Position numbers and translations under genes: made by a program. Source: an uncultured Gammaproteobacteria bacterium (GTDB lineage: Bacteria; Patescibacteriota; Patescibacteriia; CAYHRN01). From it: 36,650 nucleotides of DNA. Below are positions 17,752 through 26,244 of the stretch, piece after piece. Position 1 is the stretch's first letter. Each line of letters begins with the position of its first letter. The stretch spans positions 1 to 36,650 of the forward strand of contig CAYHRN010000001.1 of the NCBI GenBank assembly GCA_964359155.1, in the 5' to 3' direction. A model generated the notes under the pieces. That model made no database searches. It was given only the letters and a program-made list of their open reading frames with translations, and was not told the origin of the DNA.

Positions 17752-18090
17752 CTAGCCCACTCCTGCGATGCCATCTTCAATCCTCTTGCGGAATGCGGCG
17801 TTCGGGTCGGAGCTCCTCGTGTGTTCAGGGATCTCGTTGGATCCCCTAATCTTCTCGAACAGAGCGCTGGCTTCTTCGGCAGTCAACTTGCCGGCGTGCT
17901 GCGCTTCCTCCAGCGCGACCCGCGCTTCATCCTTGCTACAGAACGTGATCCGCAGATCAGTGAACTCGCCCTCAAAGATGCTGCAGTGGGAGAAATGCAG
18001 CTTGTCAACGAGAAGGCCTTCTGGAGAGCGTTCCGGTTCCGCGCACTCCGCGATATCGCGAGAGATAATTACTTGCAGGTTCCGTGCCAT
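17752..18090 (-). CDS. Hypothetical protein (112 aa), GC3-rich, likely foreign origin
   Basis: I prefer the ATG at 18090, preceded by GGAGAAG. Sequence MARNLQVIISRDIAECAEPERSPEGLLVDKLHF...KLTAEEASALFEKIRG.... Strong G/C preference at codon position 3 in this frame. The overlapping plus-strand ORFs look like GC-rich shadows. Confidence 0.55.
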   Translation of the reverse strand: MARNLQVIISRDIAECAEPERSPEGLLVDKLHFSHCSIFEGEFTDLRITFCSKDEARVALEEAQHAGKLTAEEASALFEKIRGSNEIPEHTRSSDPNAAFRKRIEDGIAGVG

Positions 18091-18427
18091 GCTGTTCTTC
18101 TCCAAAAGTGGATGTGCGAGGGAGGGAAGGATGGTGGCATCGATCCCCCCTCGCTTTAAGGCCGCCTGATGGCGTTTGCCGCACCCGAATAGGCACCAAA
18201 CAGAGGCAACCGCACACTCAAGCGAGTAAAGAAGCAGGGACGCATTAGGGGCGTGCAAGCACGCGTGCTGCGTATGTCTTTACGGAGGCTGAGTGGTGTT
18301 GGTGCATGTGATGTGCCCAGCGCCATAGGGTGGCGCTTGTTCGCTTGGCCTTTCGGCCTCTGAAGACAAACTACTCGCCCTTATCGATAAAGACCTCCTT
18401 TCTCTTAAGAGTTGCAACACGAAGTTT

Positions 18428-19573
18428 CTACCCCTCCTTGGGTTCTTGTACCATAAGCATCGTGAAGAGTGCAAGAAGGGTCATGGCGAGCGCAAAGGAG
18501 AATGGGGCAAGCGGGCCGTAGGCGTCCCAGAGAACGCCGGCAATGAAGCTGGCAGGAAGGGCGCAGAGGCCGGTGATCATTTTGAAAAATCCTAAGATGC
18601 TGGCGCGTTGCTCCGCGGGTGCGCTTTCAGAAACAAAAGCACTTTGTGCGGGCTTCAATGCGCCTTTGTGCATGCCATACAGCGCAAATAATATGCCGGC
18701 AGAAACCCAAGAAAGCGCCGGCATGGCAATAAATGCTACGGTGACCACCGCCCATAAGGTGAAAGAAATAATTAAAGTAAGGCGGCGGCTAAACCGGTCG
18801 GCAAATTTGCCTGAAAGCCCCGAAAAAATAGAAGCAGAAAGTGAAAAGATTAAATAAAACACCGGCAGACTAGTGAGGGGAAATTGCTGATCTTTCAAGT
18901 ATAAAATCAAAAATGAGTAACTAAAAAACCCTAGGGTGAAAAAGATGTTACTTAGGGTGAAAAGATTAAAATTGCGCCCTAAGTTTTTCCATGCGAGGTC
19001 TTTGAATACATTTCCATCGCGCGTATCCTGTATGAAAAGTATCACCAGCAGCACCGAAATCAGCGTAGGAATAGCGGCAATAAGAAAAATGGTTTTGAGG
19101 TCGAGAAAAGTGATAAGCCAAATGGAAAGGAGAATGCCAAGCACTGCCCCGGCATTGTCCCACGCTTCAATAATACCAAAATTGCGTGCACGGTTTTGCC
19201 GCGTGCTGATGTCGGCCACCATGGCATCCCGTGGCGCGTCCCTCATTTTACCTGCGCGATCCAAAAATATGGCAGGGAAGAGCATCCCCCAATGACTGCT
19301 TATTGCATACCCCACGCGGCTGAGTGCGCCACACAAATACCCTGCCCAAATAAAAATTTTGCGTTTTTTAAGCCGATCAGAAAGATAACCAGAAAATACT
19401 TGCGAAATACTGGTGATGCTTTCCTTAAACCCGTCGAGTATGCCGATAACCTTGAAAGGTGCACCTAGGGTTTCCTTCAAAAACACGGGCCAAAGAGGCG
19501 CAATAATATCAGAGCCAATGTCGTTAAAAAATGAAGCTGCGGCAAAGGTACGCACCGTACGTTTAGTTTTCAT
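18428..19573 (-). CDS. MFS transporter
   Basis: 381 aa with about 11-12 hydrophobic helices. Contains an MFS loop 2-3 motif (GYLSDRLKKRK). Confidence 0.85.
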   Translation of the reverse strand: MKTKRTVRTFAAASFFNDIGSDIIAPLWPVFLKETLGAPFKVIGILDGFKESITSISQVFSGYLSDRLKKRKIFIWAGYLCGALSRVGYAISSHWGMLFPAIFLDRAGKMRDAPRDAMVADISTRQNRARNFGIIEAWDNAGAVLGILLSIWLITFLDLKTIFLIAAIPTLISVLLVILFIQDTRDGNVFKDLAWKNLGRNFNLFTLSNIFFTLGFFSYSFLILYLKDQQFPLTSLPVFYLIFSLSASIFSGLSGKFADRFSRRLTLIISFTLWAVVTVAFIAMPALSWVSAGILFALYGMHKGALKPAQSAFVSESAPAEQRASILGFFKMITGLCALPASFIAGVLWDAYGPLAPFSFALAMTLLALFTMLMVQEPKEG

Positions 19574-19589
19574 ATGTTAATTAGAGTTT

Positions 19590-21293
19590 TTACAGCACAT
19601 ACGCCAGTACATGCACGGCATGCCAATCAAGAGCGGTTTTTGGTACGCGCTTAAATTTTTTAATGAATTGCTTTAATGCTTTTTGTTCTTTCGTGATATC
19701 ACGTGCGTTCGTCGTGTCATAGATTAACGCATCCCATATGTTTTGATGGTTTTGTTTTTTGGCATTGAAGTTTGCACCCACTACTATTTTAAACGTTCGT
19801 AATGCAGAGGGCTTCATACGTTGCTCCAACTTAGTATCGCGCAGAATGGCAGGAGGCGCCATTACTACCTGTACTACTTTTGGGATTTCCGGGAGATAAA
19901 ATACCGACCGGTATACAGGTTCTAGCCCTGGTAATTTTAAGCACACCACGCGTTCGCCAGGCTCCCCTTCTGCAAGACGCCAGGGCAGGGTTGCAGCGTA
20001 GGGCATTTCGGCAACATTCGTAAAATTACAAATGGGCGAGGCAAGCGGGTTGCCGTTCGTCACTTGCAATGTGGTGGCATTGGTAGCCGCAACGGAAACT
20101 GTTGTGTCGAGTGCGGTGGTGGTAGCATTTCCACTATTCACGGTAAAACTTTGCAAGGTGATGGGTGGAGGTAATAGTGTTTTTAATGCGTTGAGAGCTT
20201 TTGCAGCATTTACTCTTCCTTTGCCTAATTTTCCTACATAATTAGGATTCACTGCATCAATGGGGTCGGCAGAATCCACCAGTACTTGAATAAGTTTTGT
20301 GGCAGGCAGATGTGGTGCCACGGCACGCATTAACGCTAAGGTGCCGCTTACTACAGGCGCTGCAAGGCTGGTACCTTGCCACAAACCACCATAGGGAGTT
20401 TGAAAATCGGTGTCGCTTGAATTGCTATACTGGGCTCCATAGATACCCTTTCCTGGTGCAGCGATGTCGACACAATTGGCACCAAAATGAGCAAACTTTG
20501 CTTTTTGATCTTGTTGGTCAAGTGCCGTCACGCCTACCACTATTTCTTTCCCCTCGCCTTCAAAACAAATAGGGTAATGGGGGGTAGCATCAAGATCCAC
20601 GCCATTGCCAGTTTTATCATTACCCGCCGCTGCCACCACAATGACATTTTTTTGCGCCGCCGTTTTGAGCACCTCACGAAACGCCTCACCCACATTCCCA
20701 GTGCCTACAAAACTCATATTAATAATACTGGCGCCCTGCGCCATAGCATATTCCATGGCATGTGCCACACGGCTTGCCTCTGAAGTGCCCTGCGCGTCCA
20801 GTGCCTTCAGCGCCATAATGCTTACATGCCAATTAATGCCGCTCACGCCCTCGCTATTATTTCCCTGGGCGCCAATAATACCGGCTACCAAGCTTCCATG
20901 ATGCGTGACGGCCCTATACTCGGCAAATCCTTTATCAATAGTAGGGTTGAGATTATTGTTGGCATCAATAAAATTCCATCCGTGCACGTCGTCGATAAAT
21001 CCATTACCATCATCGTCCATGTTGTTGCCTGCGATTTCACGCGGATTTACCCACAAATTATTTTTAAAATCTGGGTGGTCAATATTAAAGCCCGAATCAA
21101 TCACGGCTACAATAACTTGTTTATCGCCCGTGCTGATATCCCATGCATTGGGGGCATCAATCTGGCGTAAATACCATTGCTCGTGATACAGAGGGTCGTT
21201 GGGGAGTACCGCGGCAAAGGCAGGAGTAATGGTGAGTATTAAAAATGTCATCCCGATGAAAATGACAGAATGAAAAAAATGTTTTGTTACCAT
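19590..21293 (-). CDS. Secreted subtilisin-like serine protease (peptidase S8) with an uncharacterised C-terminal extension
   Basis: Catalytic triad contexts VAVIDSGF (Asp), HHGSLVAGIIG (His) and GTSLAAPVVSG (Ser). Signal peptide after the ATG at 21293; the track start at 21320 is GTG. Confidence 0.9.
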   Translation of the reverse strand: MVTKHFFHSVIFIGMTFLILTITPAFAAVLPNDPLYHEQWYLRQIDAPNAWDISTGDKQVIVAVIDSGFNIDHPDFKNNLWVNPREIAGNNMDDDGNGFIDDVHGWNFIDANNNLNPTIDKGFAEYRAVTHHGSLVAGIIGAQGNNSEGVSGINWHVSIMALKALDAQGTSEASRVAHAMEYAMAQGASIINMSFVGTGNVGEAFREVLKTAAQKNVIVVAAAGNDKTGNGVDLDATPHYPICFEGEGKEIVVGVTALDQQDQKAKFAHFGANCVDIAAPGKGIYGAQYSNSSDTDFQTPYGGLWQGTSLAAPVVSGTLALMRAVAPHLPATKLIQVLVDSADPIDAVNPNYVGKLGKGRVNAAKALNALKTLLPPPITLQSFTVNSGNATTTALDTTVSVAATNATTLQVTNGNPLASPICNFTNVAEMPYAATLPWRLAEGEPGERVVCLKLPGLEPVYRSVFYLPEIPKVVQVVMAPPAILRDTKLEQRMKPSALRTFKIVVGANFNAKKQNHQNIWDALIYDTTNARDITKEQKALKQFIKKFKRVPKTALDWHAVHVLAYVL

Positions 21294-22390
21294 ATTATTA
21301 TTCCCCGAATGATCCACCACACGGCGCTAAAAAATGGGTTTGCCACATATGTCAAGAGGGGGGATGAAATTTCTTGATAGTTAATGCACCCTGTAAACAG
21401 ACGCGTTGCCTCTTTATCACTTATGACGCGTGAGTTCTGCACTTCCTTCCTTTTTTTAAGTATATCATGCCACACCGATTGTGAGAAAAAATAGCGGTAT
21501 ACGCGTAGCTTTTCACGCCACCAGCCCATGCGGAAGGCCTGGAAAAGAAGTCCCAGCTCCATGAGCAATAAGAAGGGTGATAGAGAGATGAGCGTGAGGA
21601 AATGATAATTTTGCAACATGGTGATAAACCTGTTGCGTTCCATGAAATAGTATTTGGTGATGCTTTTACTAAAAGAGTATTTATGGTACACCACTGACTT
21701 GGGTGCCAGTACCACGCGCCACCCTTTAAGCCTCGCACGCCAGCACAAGTCCAGGTCTTCGTGATACATGAAGTATTTTTCATCAAAAAGGCCGATCTGC
21801 TGGTATAGGGAGTTGCGGACGAGCATCGCTGCTCCGGAGGCGTAGGGAATTTCGGGATAGGTTCTAGGTTCTAGGTTATAGGTTATAGAAGAGAGCGGGT
21901 CGCGGTATCCACGAGAAAAACCAAAACCCAAGAAATGGATTTCATTGCCAAGAGAGTTAATAAGGTTGGTTTGTGGATGAAGCAACAATAGCGATTGCGC
22001 AATGCCAATTTTGTTGTTGCTCTCCCCTGCTGCCACTAATTCTTTGAGCCAGTTTGCGTTTACCACCGTGTCTTGATTGAGCAATACCAGGTAGTCAGGA
22101 TTAAATTGTTGTGCGTGAGCTGCAGCAACATTATTGCCACCTGCAAAGGCGGTATTTTCTTTGCTTTCTATAATATCCATGGCGATGCTCAACTTTTGGA
22201 AGTGAGACTTCCAAAAGTTGAGCTGTGCTACGGTGTCGTCACTTGAGGCGTTATCGACGACCATCACATGCCAACGATCAGGCGGATAATCGGTATTGAC
22301 TAGGCTACTAAAACAATCGCCCAGGTAGCTCTGGGCGTTGTACATGACCATCAGGACCGCGACGCGAGGGGTAGCGTTATTGTTTGTCAT
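21287..22390 (-). CDS. Glycosyltransferase family 2 (rhamnosyltransferase-like)
   Basis: VAVLMVMYNAQSYL...VVDNASSDDT...FAGGNN...YHEDLDLCWR. ATG at 22390; the track start is TTG. Confidence 0.85.
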   Translation of the reverse strand: MTNNNATPRVAVLMVMYNAQSYLGDCFSSLVNTDYPPDRWHVMVVDNASSDDTVAQLNFWKSHFQKLSIAMDIIESKENTAFAGGNNVAAAHAQQFNPDYLVLLNQDTVVNANWLKELVAAGESNNKIGIAQSLLLLHPQTNLINSLGNEIHFLGFGFSRGYRDPLSSITYNLEPRTYPEIPYASGAAMLVRNSLYQQIGLFDEKYFMYHEDLDLCWRARLKGWRVVLAPKSVVYHKYSFSKSITKYYFMERNRFITMLQNYHFLTLISLSPFLLLMELGLLFQAFRMGWWREKLRVYRYFFSQSVWHDILKKRKEVQNSRVISDKEATRLFTGCINYQEISSPLLTYVANPFFSAVWWIIRGIIIW

Positions 22391-22715
22391 TTTTAATATC
22401 TTTAAGCGCAAGTGCGGTGACAATTTTGCTTATATCTTGGTCGAGTTGATCAACCGTCACAATGAGATAAAATACTAAAGAAAAAAGAATAATCATGCCT
22501 ATATAGAGCATAAGATCAGCGCCACGCCCCACGCCTACCATGGTGGCAAGCCGCGAGGTGATGTCTGGATTAAGCGCGATAAGAGTAATGCTTCCCCATA
22601 CCAGAATCCAAAACAGCAATGCATTCCATGCAATGCGACGTTGGAGAAAACGCTTGCATGTTCGTATAAGAGCAAGAACACTTATCCCTACAAGAATAAA
22701 TTGGATGGGCGTCAT
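22377..22715 (-). CDS. DUF2304 family small membrane protein
   Basis: 112 aa with the hallmark GVGRGADL between TM helices. Shows the usual pairing with an adjacent GT2 gene. Confidence 0.75.
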   Translation of the reverse strand: MTPIQFILVGISVLALIRTCKRFLQRRIAWNALLFWILVWGSITLIALNPDITSRLATMVGVGRGADLMLYIGMIILFSLVFYLIVTVDQLDQDISKIVTALALKDIKNDKQ

Positions 22716-22718
22716 AGG

Positions 22719-23408
22719 TTAACTCATCAAACGCCTTAAAATAAGGTGCCATGCTGTGGTAAATCCCAATTTTATATTTTGTCCCTTGGAAAGAGCATAC
22801 GATGTATAAATAGGATGAATTGCAATTTCTGCAACGCGAAGGTGCTGATGAAAGAGCTCTCCCACAATGCCACTCGATACTTCCATGCGCATACTTTCCA
22901 AATTAAGTTTTAATAATGCCGCGCGTGAAAATGCACGCAGACCACTTTGCGTGTCGCTCATGTAGCGACCATATAAAATGAATGTAAGAATATTAGCCAC
23001 CAATCCGCCCAAACGCCTATGCGCGCCTCCGTTCTTCCATTGTGTGCTTTTATTCGCAAGAAATCGTGATCCAATTACTGCATCAGCCTCGCCTTTCATA
23101 ATAAGTTCTTTCATGCGAGGAATATCGCGCGCATCGTGTTGCAAGTCAGCATCAAAGGTAATAATAATATCGGCGCCCTTTAGGAGTGCGCCCGCAATAC
23201 CAGTACGCAGTGCCGCGCCCAAGGTGTAGCGGCGATTAATAATATGGGTAAGTACGGTGGCACCCGCTTGCGTAGCAAGCGTTGCGGTATTATCGCGTGA
23301 GCCATCATTCACCACGATCACTTCATCACAAAAGGCTCTCGCATTGCGTACAGCCTCAGCCACGGTTGTTTTTTCATTGTATGCAGGTATTACTACAATG
23401 GTTTTCAT
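22719..23408 (-). CDS. Glycosyltransferase family 2 (polyprenol-phosphate glycosyltransferase-like)
   Basis: 229 aa. VVIPAYNEKTTV...VVNDGSRDNT...DADLQHD. Confidence 0.85.
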   Translation of the reverse strand: MKTIVVIPAYNEKTTVAEAVRNARAFCDEVIVVNDGSRDNTATLATQAGATVLTHIINRRYTLGAALRTGIAGALLKGADIIITFDADLQHDARDIPRMKELIMKGEADAVIGSRFLANKSTQWKNGGAHRRLGGLVANILTFILYGRYMSDTQSGLRAFSRAALLKLNLESMRMEVSSGIVGELFHQHLRVAEIAIHPIYTSYALSKGQNIKLGFTTAWHLILRRLMS

Positions 23409-23411
23409 ATA

Positions 23412-24413
23412 CTACATTCCCAAGATTCCTTTATGCGCCAAAATATAATCGTAGGTGCGGCGGATGCCATCAGTAAGGGGCACCAAAGGAAACCACGAAA
23501 TAGTTTCTCGTGCTTTATGAATATCGGGCAAGGCAAGCGGAAGCTTTTCTTCATTGCCTGCTTCACTATGTATATTTGAAGTAGAACCCGTGATTTGCAC
23601 TACCGATTGCGCAACATCACTCAAAAGTACTGGCTGATCAGAACCAATATTCAGGAGTAAAAACCCTTGGCTATCCCCCATCATTTTCACCAGTGCGTCA
23701 ATAACATCGCTGACATAGCATAGACTTGCTTTCGCTTGCGGGTTGCCCTTGATCACCAAATTCTCGTTGCTAATGGCTTCATCAATGAGGTCGGCAATTA
23801 AATTGCCTTGCCCCACGGCCATACGGGGGCCATAAATACCGAACAAACGCGCTATCCGTACGGGGAATTGAAACCGTTGTTGATACATAAAGCTTGCCAT
23901 TTCGCCAAAGCGTTTACCTTCGTCGTACGCCGCACACGATGAGAACAGGTTTACAATCCCTTCATCTTCTTCTTTAAGTGGTGTGTCGCTCCTGCGAGGC
24001 CCATACACCACGGCTGAAGAGGCAAACAAAAATTTCGCATTGTATTTTTGGGCAATTTGCAAGGTTTGCAAGGTACCCATGGAGCATACCGAAAGCGTTT
24101 CAATGGAATGTTCATCGGCTTTGCCCGGGGTATTGGGGCAGGCCAAATGCCACACTTCTTGAATGCCTTGGAACGCTACTTTAAAGCGGCTAAGGGCCGG
24201 TAAGGTACCAAGGTCGATGGGTTGATTGATATCGTGGCGGACAAATTCAAAATCGGGATTAGAAAGCAAATGATCAATATTGCGTTCACTGCCAGAAATA
24301 AAATTATCCACACAAATCACTTTATTGTGTTTGAGGAGTTCTTCGCATACGTGGCTCCCTAAAAAACCGGCGCCGCCGGTAACCAGTACATTGGGTTTGG
24401 TGAATAAGGGCAT
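23412..24413 (-). CDS. UDP-glucuronate decarboxylase-like SDR (UXS family)
   Basis: VLVTGGAGFLGSH Rossmann motif, CVDNFISGSERNIDHL and catalytic AAYDEGKR (YxxxK). ATG at 24413; the track start is TTG. Confidence 0.8.
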   Translation of the reverse strand: MPLFTKPNVLVTGGAGFLGSHVCEELLKHNKVICVDNFISGSERNIDHLLSNPDFEFVRHDINQPIDLGTLPALSRFKVAFQGIQEVWHLACPNTPGKADEHSIETLSVCSMGTLQTLQIAQKYNAKFLFASSAVVYGPRRSDTPLKEEDEGIVNLFSSCAAYDEGKRFGEMASFMYQQRFQFPVRIARLFGIYGPRMAVGQGNLIADLIDEAISNENLVIKGNPQAKASLCYVSDVIDALVKMMGDSQGFLLLNIGSDQPVLLSDVAQSVVQITGSTSNIHSEAGNEEKLPLALPDIHKARETISWFPLVPLTDGIRRTYDYILAHKGILGM

Positions 24414-24458
24414 ATAAAAAAGTTCAAATATCAAAGCTCAAATGTCAAAATTATGGTA

Positions 24459-24947
24459 TCATTCTTTTTTCTTTTTTGGAAGGGTGATGGTGGGCGGTGC
24501 GCTGTAATGCGGAGCCAAGGGTTGATAGTCATTATGCGGCGTAGGGTCATCCACTTGTTGTAATGGAATATGCAAAGCCCACGCCATGGTATTTAGAACC
24601 GTGATTACATTTCGTATGATAGTAAATGTGGGTGCACTATTCACCATTTTAATGCGCTTAAGGTGTTGTGGTGTTATTTTTTCTGCATGCAGAAAATCGT
24701 CAATAATACCAAGAAGCTCTTCTGAGTGAGCATAGCACACACTTTTGCTCGGCCGAGCATTTTGGTGTGGTTCACTAATTTGGAGTGTCATACTCCCCTC
24801 ATGCGAGGGATCAAGGAAAAGGTACATAGGTTTATTGGATATGCCGCTTAAGGCGTTCGTAAAATCCTGGGCGAGAACCTGCATAGTGAATAGTGATCGA
24901 TGATGCGCCCTCGTTAATAGTGTAAGCGATGCGATACTTGATGCCAT
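24459..24947 (-). CDS. tsaB: Divergent, short TsaB (YeaZ)-like protein
   Basis: From MYLFLDPSHEG onward the pattern follows TsaB: ..AHSEELLGIIDDFL...I....SAPTFTIIRNVITVLNTMAWALHIPL corresponds to ..EHTQRILPMV...GPGSFTGVRIG..A.GLA. The likely true start is the ATG at 24827, because a terminator abuts 24947. Confidence 0.45.
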   Translation of the reverse strand: MASSIASLTLLTRAHHRSLFTMQVLAQDFTNALSGISNKPMYLFLDPSHEGSMTLQISEPHQNARPSKSVCYAHSEELLGIIDDFLHAEKITPQHLKRIKMVNSAPTFTIIRNVITVLNTMAWALHIPLQQVDDPTPHNDYQPLAPHYSAPPTITLPKKKKE

Positions 24948-24949
24948 TT

Positions 24950-24991
24950 AAGGAAAAATGAAAACTCCGGAGTCACGAAAGCGATCCGGAG
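24950..24991 (-). terminator. Intrinsic terminator
   Basis: Minus strand reads CTCCGGA-tcgctttcgtgac-TCCGGAG followed by TTTTCATTTTTCC. Confidence 0.55.
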
Positions 24992-25016
24992 AGTTGGTTA
25001 CCTATCGCGCCATAGA

Positions 25017-25208
25017 TTATAATTCTTTGAGCATGCCTTGCGTGGCCTCATGAGCACTTTTCGTGATGATGTTCATGGCTTTTTTATCCATGAGAAGTTC
25101 GAGCGTTTCAATGTCGCGTTCAGACATTTGCGCCAAGGCGCTGGCAATTTGTGGAAGGGTAATAGGCAGCGCAAAGGTAGGAGATGTTATAGTTTGAGCA
25201 GTAGACAT
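25017..25208 (-). CDS. Small hypothetical protein (63 aa) with an antitoxin-like C-terminal motif
   Basis: ATG at 25208; the track start at 25259 is GTG. The stretch ETLELLMDKKAMNIITKSAHEATQG resembles the C-terminal helix of Phd/YefM-type antitoxins. No toxin partner is visible. Confidence 0.4.
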   Translation of the reverse strand: MSTAQTITSPTFALPITLPQIASALAQMSERDIETLELLMDKKAMNIITKSAHEATQGMLKEL

Positions 25209-25274
25209 AGTACGAGTATAAATACTTAAGACATATCTTAGTATATTCCTTGTAGCCACATGAAGTCAATAATC

Positions 25275-26153
25275 TTATTTTTGTGTTTTAAAACGAATAT
25301 CTGTACCATCACTCGTCATGGCGATATCGCCATTTTGGTCAGTACGATAGATTGTTGCTCTATGTTCTTGTAATCGTTGTACCACGGTGGGGTGTGGGTG
25401 TCCATAACCGTTGTTGGCACCAACCGAGATGACTGCGTAATCAGGATTTACTGCCTTCAGCCAGGCTTCGGTGGTAGAAGTTTTACTGCCATGATGGCCT
25501 ACTTTTAATACGTCAGCGGCAAGATTATGCTGTTGGGCGATAAGGTGCTTTTCGCCTTGGGCCTCTAAGTCGCCCTCAAGCATCACTGAAGTATCTTTGA
25601 ATCGCAATAGCCCCACCACCGATGAGTTATTCATATTTTTGTATGCGCCAAGGGTGCGGTCGGGGTACAAGATATCAAGCGTGAGGCTATCCCCCATACG
25701 AATACGGAGTGGTTCATGAATAAACGTGGTGGGAATATTACGCGTGGTGAGTTCTTCCAAAAATTTGGTGTAGATAGCATTGGGTGCGTCCACACTGCTT
25801 ACAAGGGCTTGCTTTACTTTGTAGCGTTTCAACACATCGAATAAGCCTTTGTAATGGTCGGTATGGGGGTGACTCACCACCATAAGTTCAATGTCTCTGT
25901 CCCAGAACGGCAAGGTGCGGCCCACTTTGCCTACGAAAGCGTTATTGGGGCCGCCGTCGATAATAATATCTTGGCGGTAGGGCGTGCGAATAAGGATGCC
26001 ATCGCCCTGCTCCACATCAAAAAACCACATACGAAGGCTGCTATCGCTTGCATCGCTCGTGAGGGCAATAAGTGCCACGCCGCTTAATGCCCAGGCAATG
26101 GCGAGTACGGCAAGAATAAGGCGAAGGGTTTTAGTGGTCATAGATTGTAACAT
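25275..26153 (-). CDS. ComEC-type metallo-beta-lactamase domain protein (separate ORF with its own TM helix)
   Basis: 292 aa. VSHPHTDHYKGL (HxHxDH) and KVGHHGSKTSTT, typical of the ComEC/Rec2 C-terminal MBL domain. N-terminal TM segment. Confidence 0.8.
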   Translation of the reverse strand: MLQSMTTKTLRLILAVLAIAWALSGVALIALTSDASDSSLRMWFFDVEQGDGILIRTPYRQDIIIDGGPNNAFVGKVGRTLPFWDRDIELMVVSHPHTDHYKGLFDVLKRYKVKQALVSSVDAPNAIYTKFLEELTTRNIPTTFIHEPLRIRMGDSLTLDILYPDRTLGAYKNMNNSSVVGLLRFKDTSVMLEGDLEAQGEKHLIAQQHNLAADVLKVGHHGSKTSTTEAWLKAVNPDYAVISVGANNGYGHPHPTVVQRLQEHRATIYRTDQNGDIAMTSDGTDIRFKTQK

Positions 26154-26244
26154 GTCATTCCGAGTGAAACGAGTTTAGGTTTTGGTAGCCGCAGGCTTCA
26201 GCCTGCGTTCATCTAAGGTTCGCAAGCTAAAGCTTGCGCCTACC
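26153..26244 (+). repeat. Composite intergenic repeat: a TGTCAT-type unit plus a REP doublet (REPIN-like)
   Basis: tgtcattccgagtgaaacgag occupies 26153-26173. ggtagccgcaggcttcagcctgcg-ttcatctaaggt-tcgcaagctaaagcttgcgcctacc occupies 26184-26244. By hand alignment it matches the 33560-33620 doublet at 54 of 61 positions, with compensatory stem changes. Confidence 0.75.

Noticed and set aside
17668-18169. Plus-strand ORFs of 163 aa and 133 aa overlapping the 112-aa gene; also the 168-aa long version of the minus-strand ORF.
   Set aside because: GC-rich DNA leaves several frames open. Only the minus-strand frame shows third-position G/C bias, a ribosome-binding site before an ATG (18090) and a downstream terminator.
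18300-18345. ATGGCGCTGGGCA on the minus strand resembles the ZTP riboswitch 3' element (CCGCCTGGGCA).
   Set aside because: One base of the core is missing, I cannot find the 5' subdomain, and the downstream gene is not purine- or folate-related.
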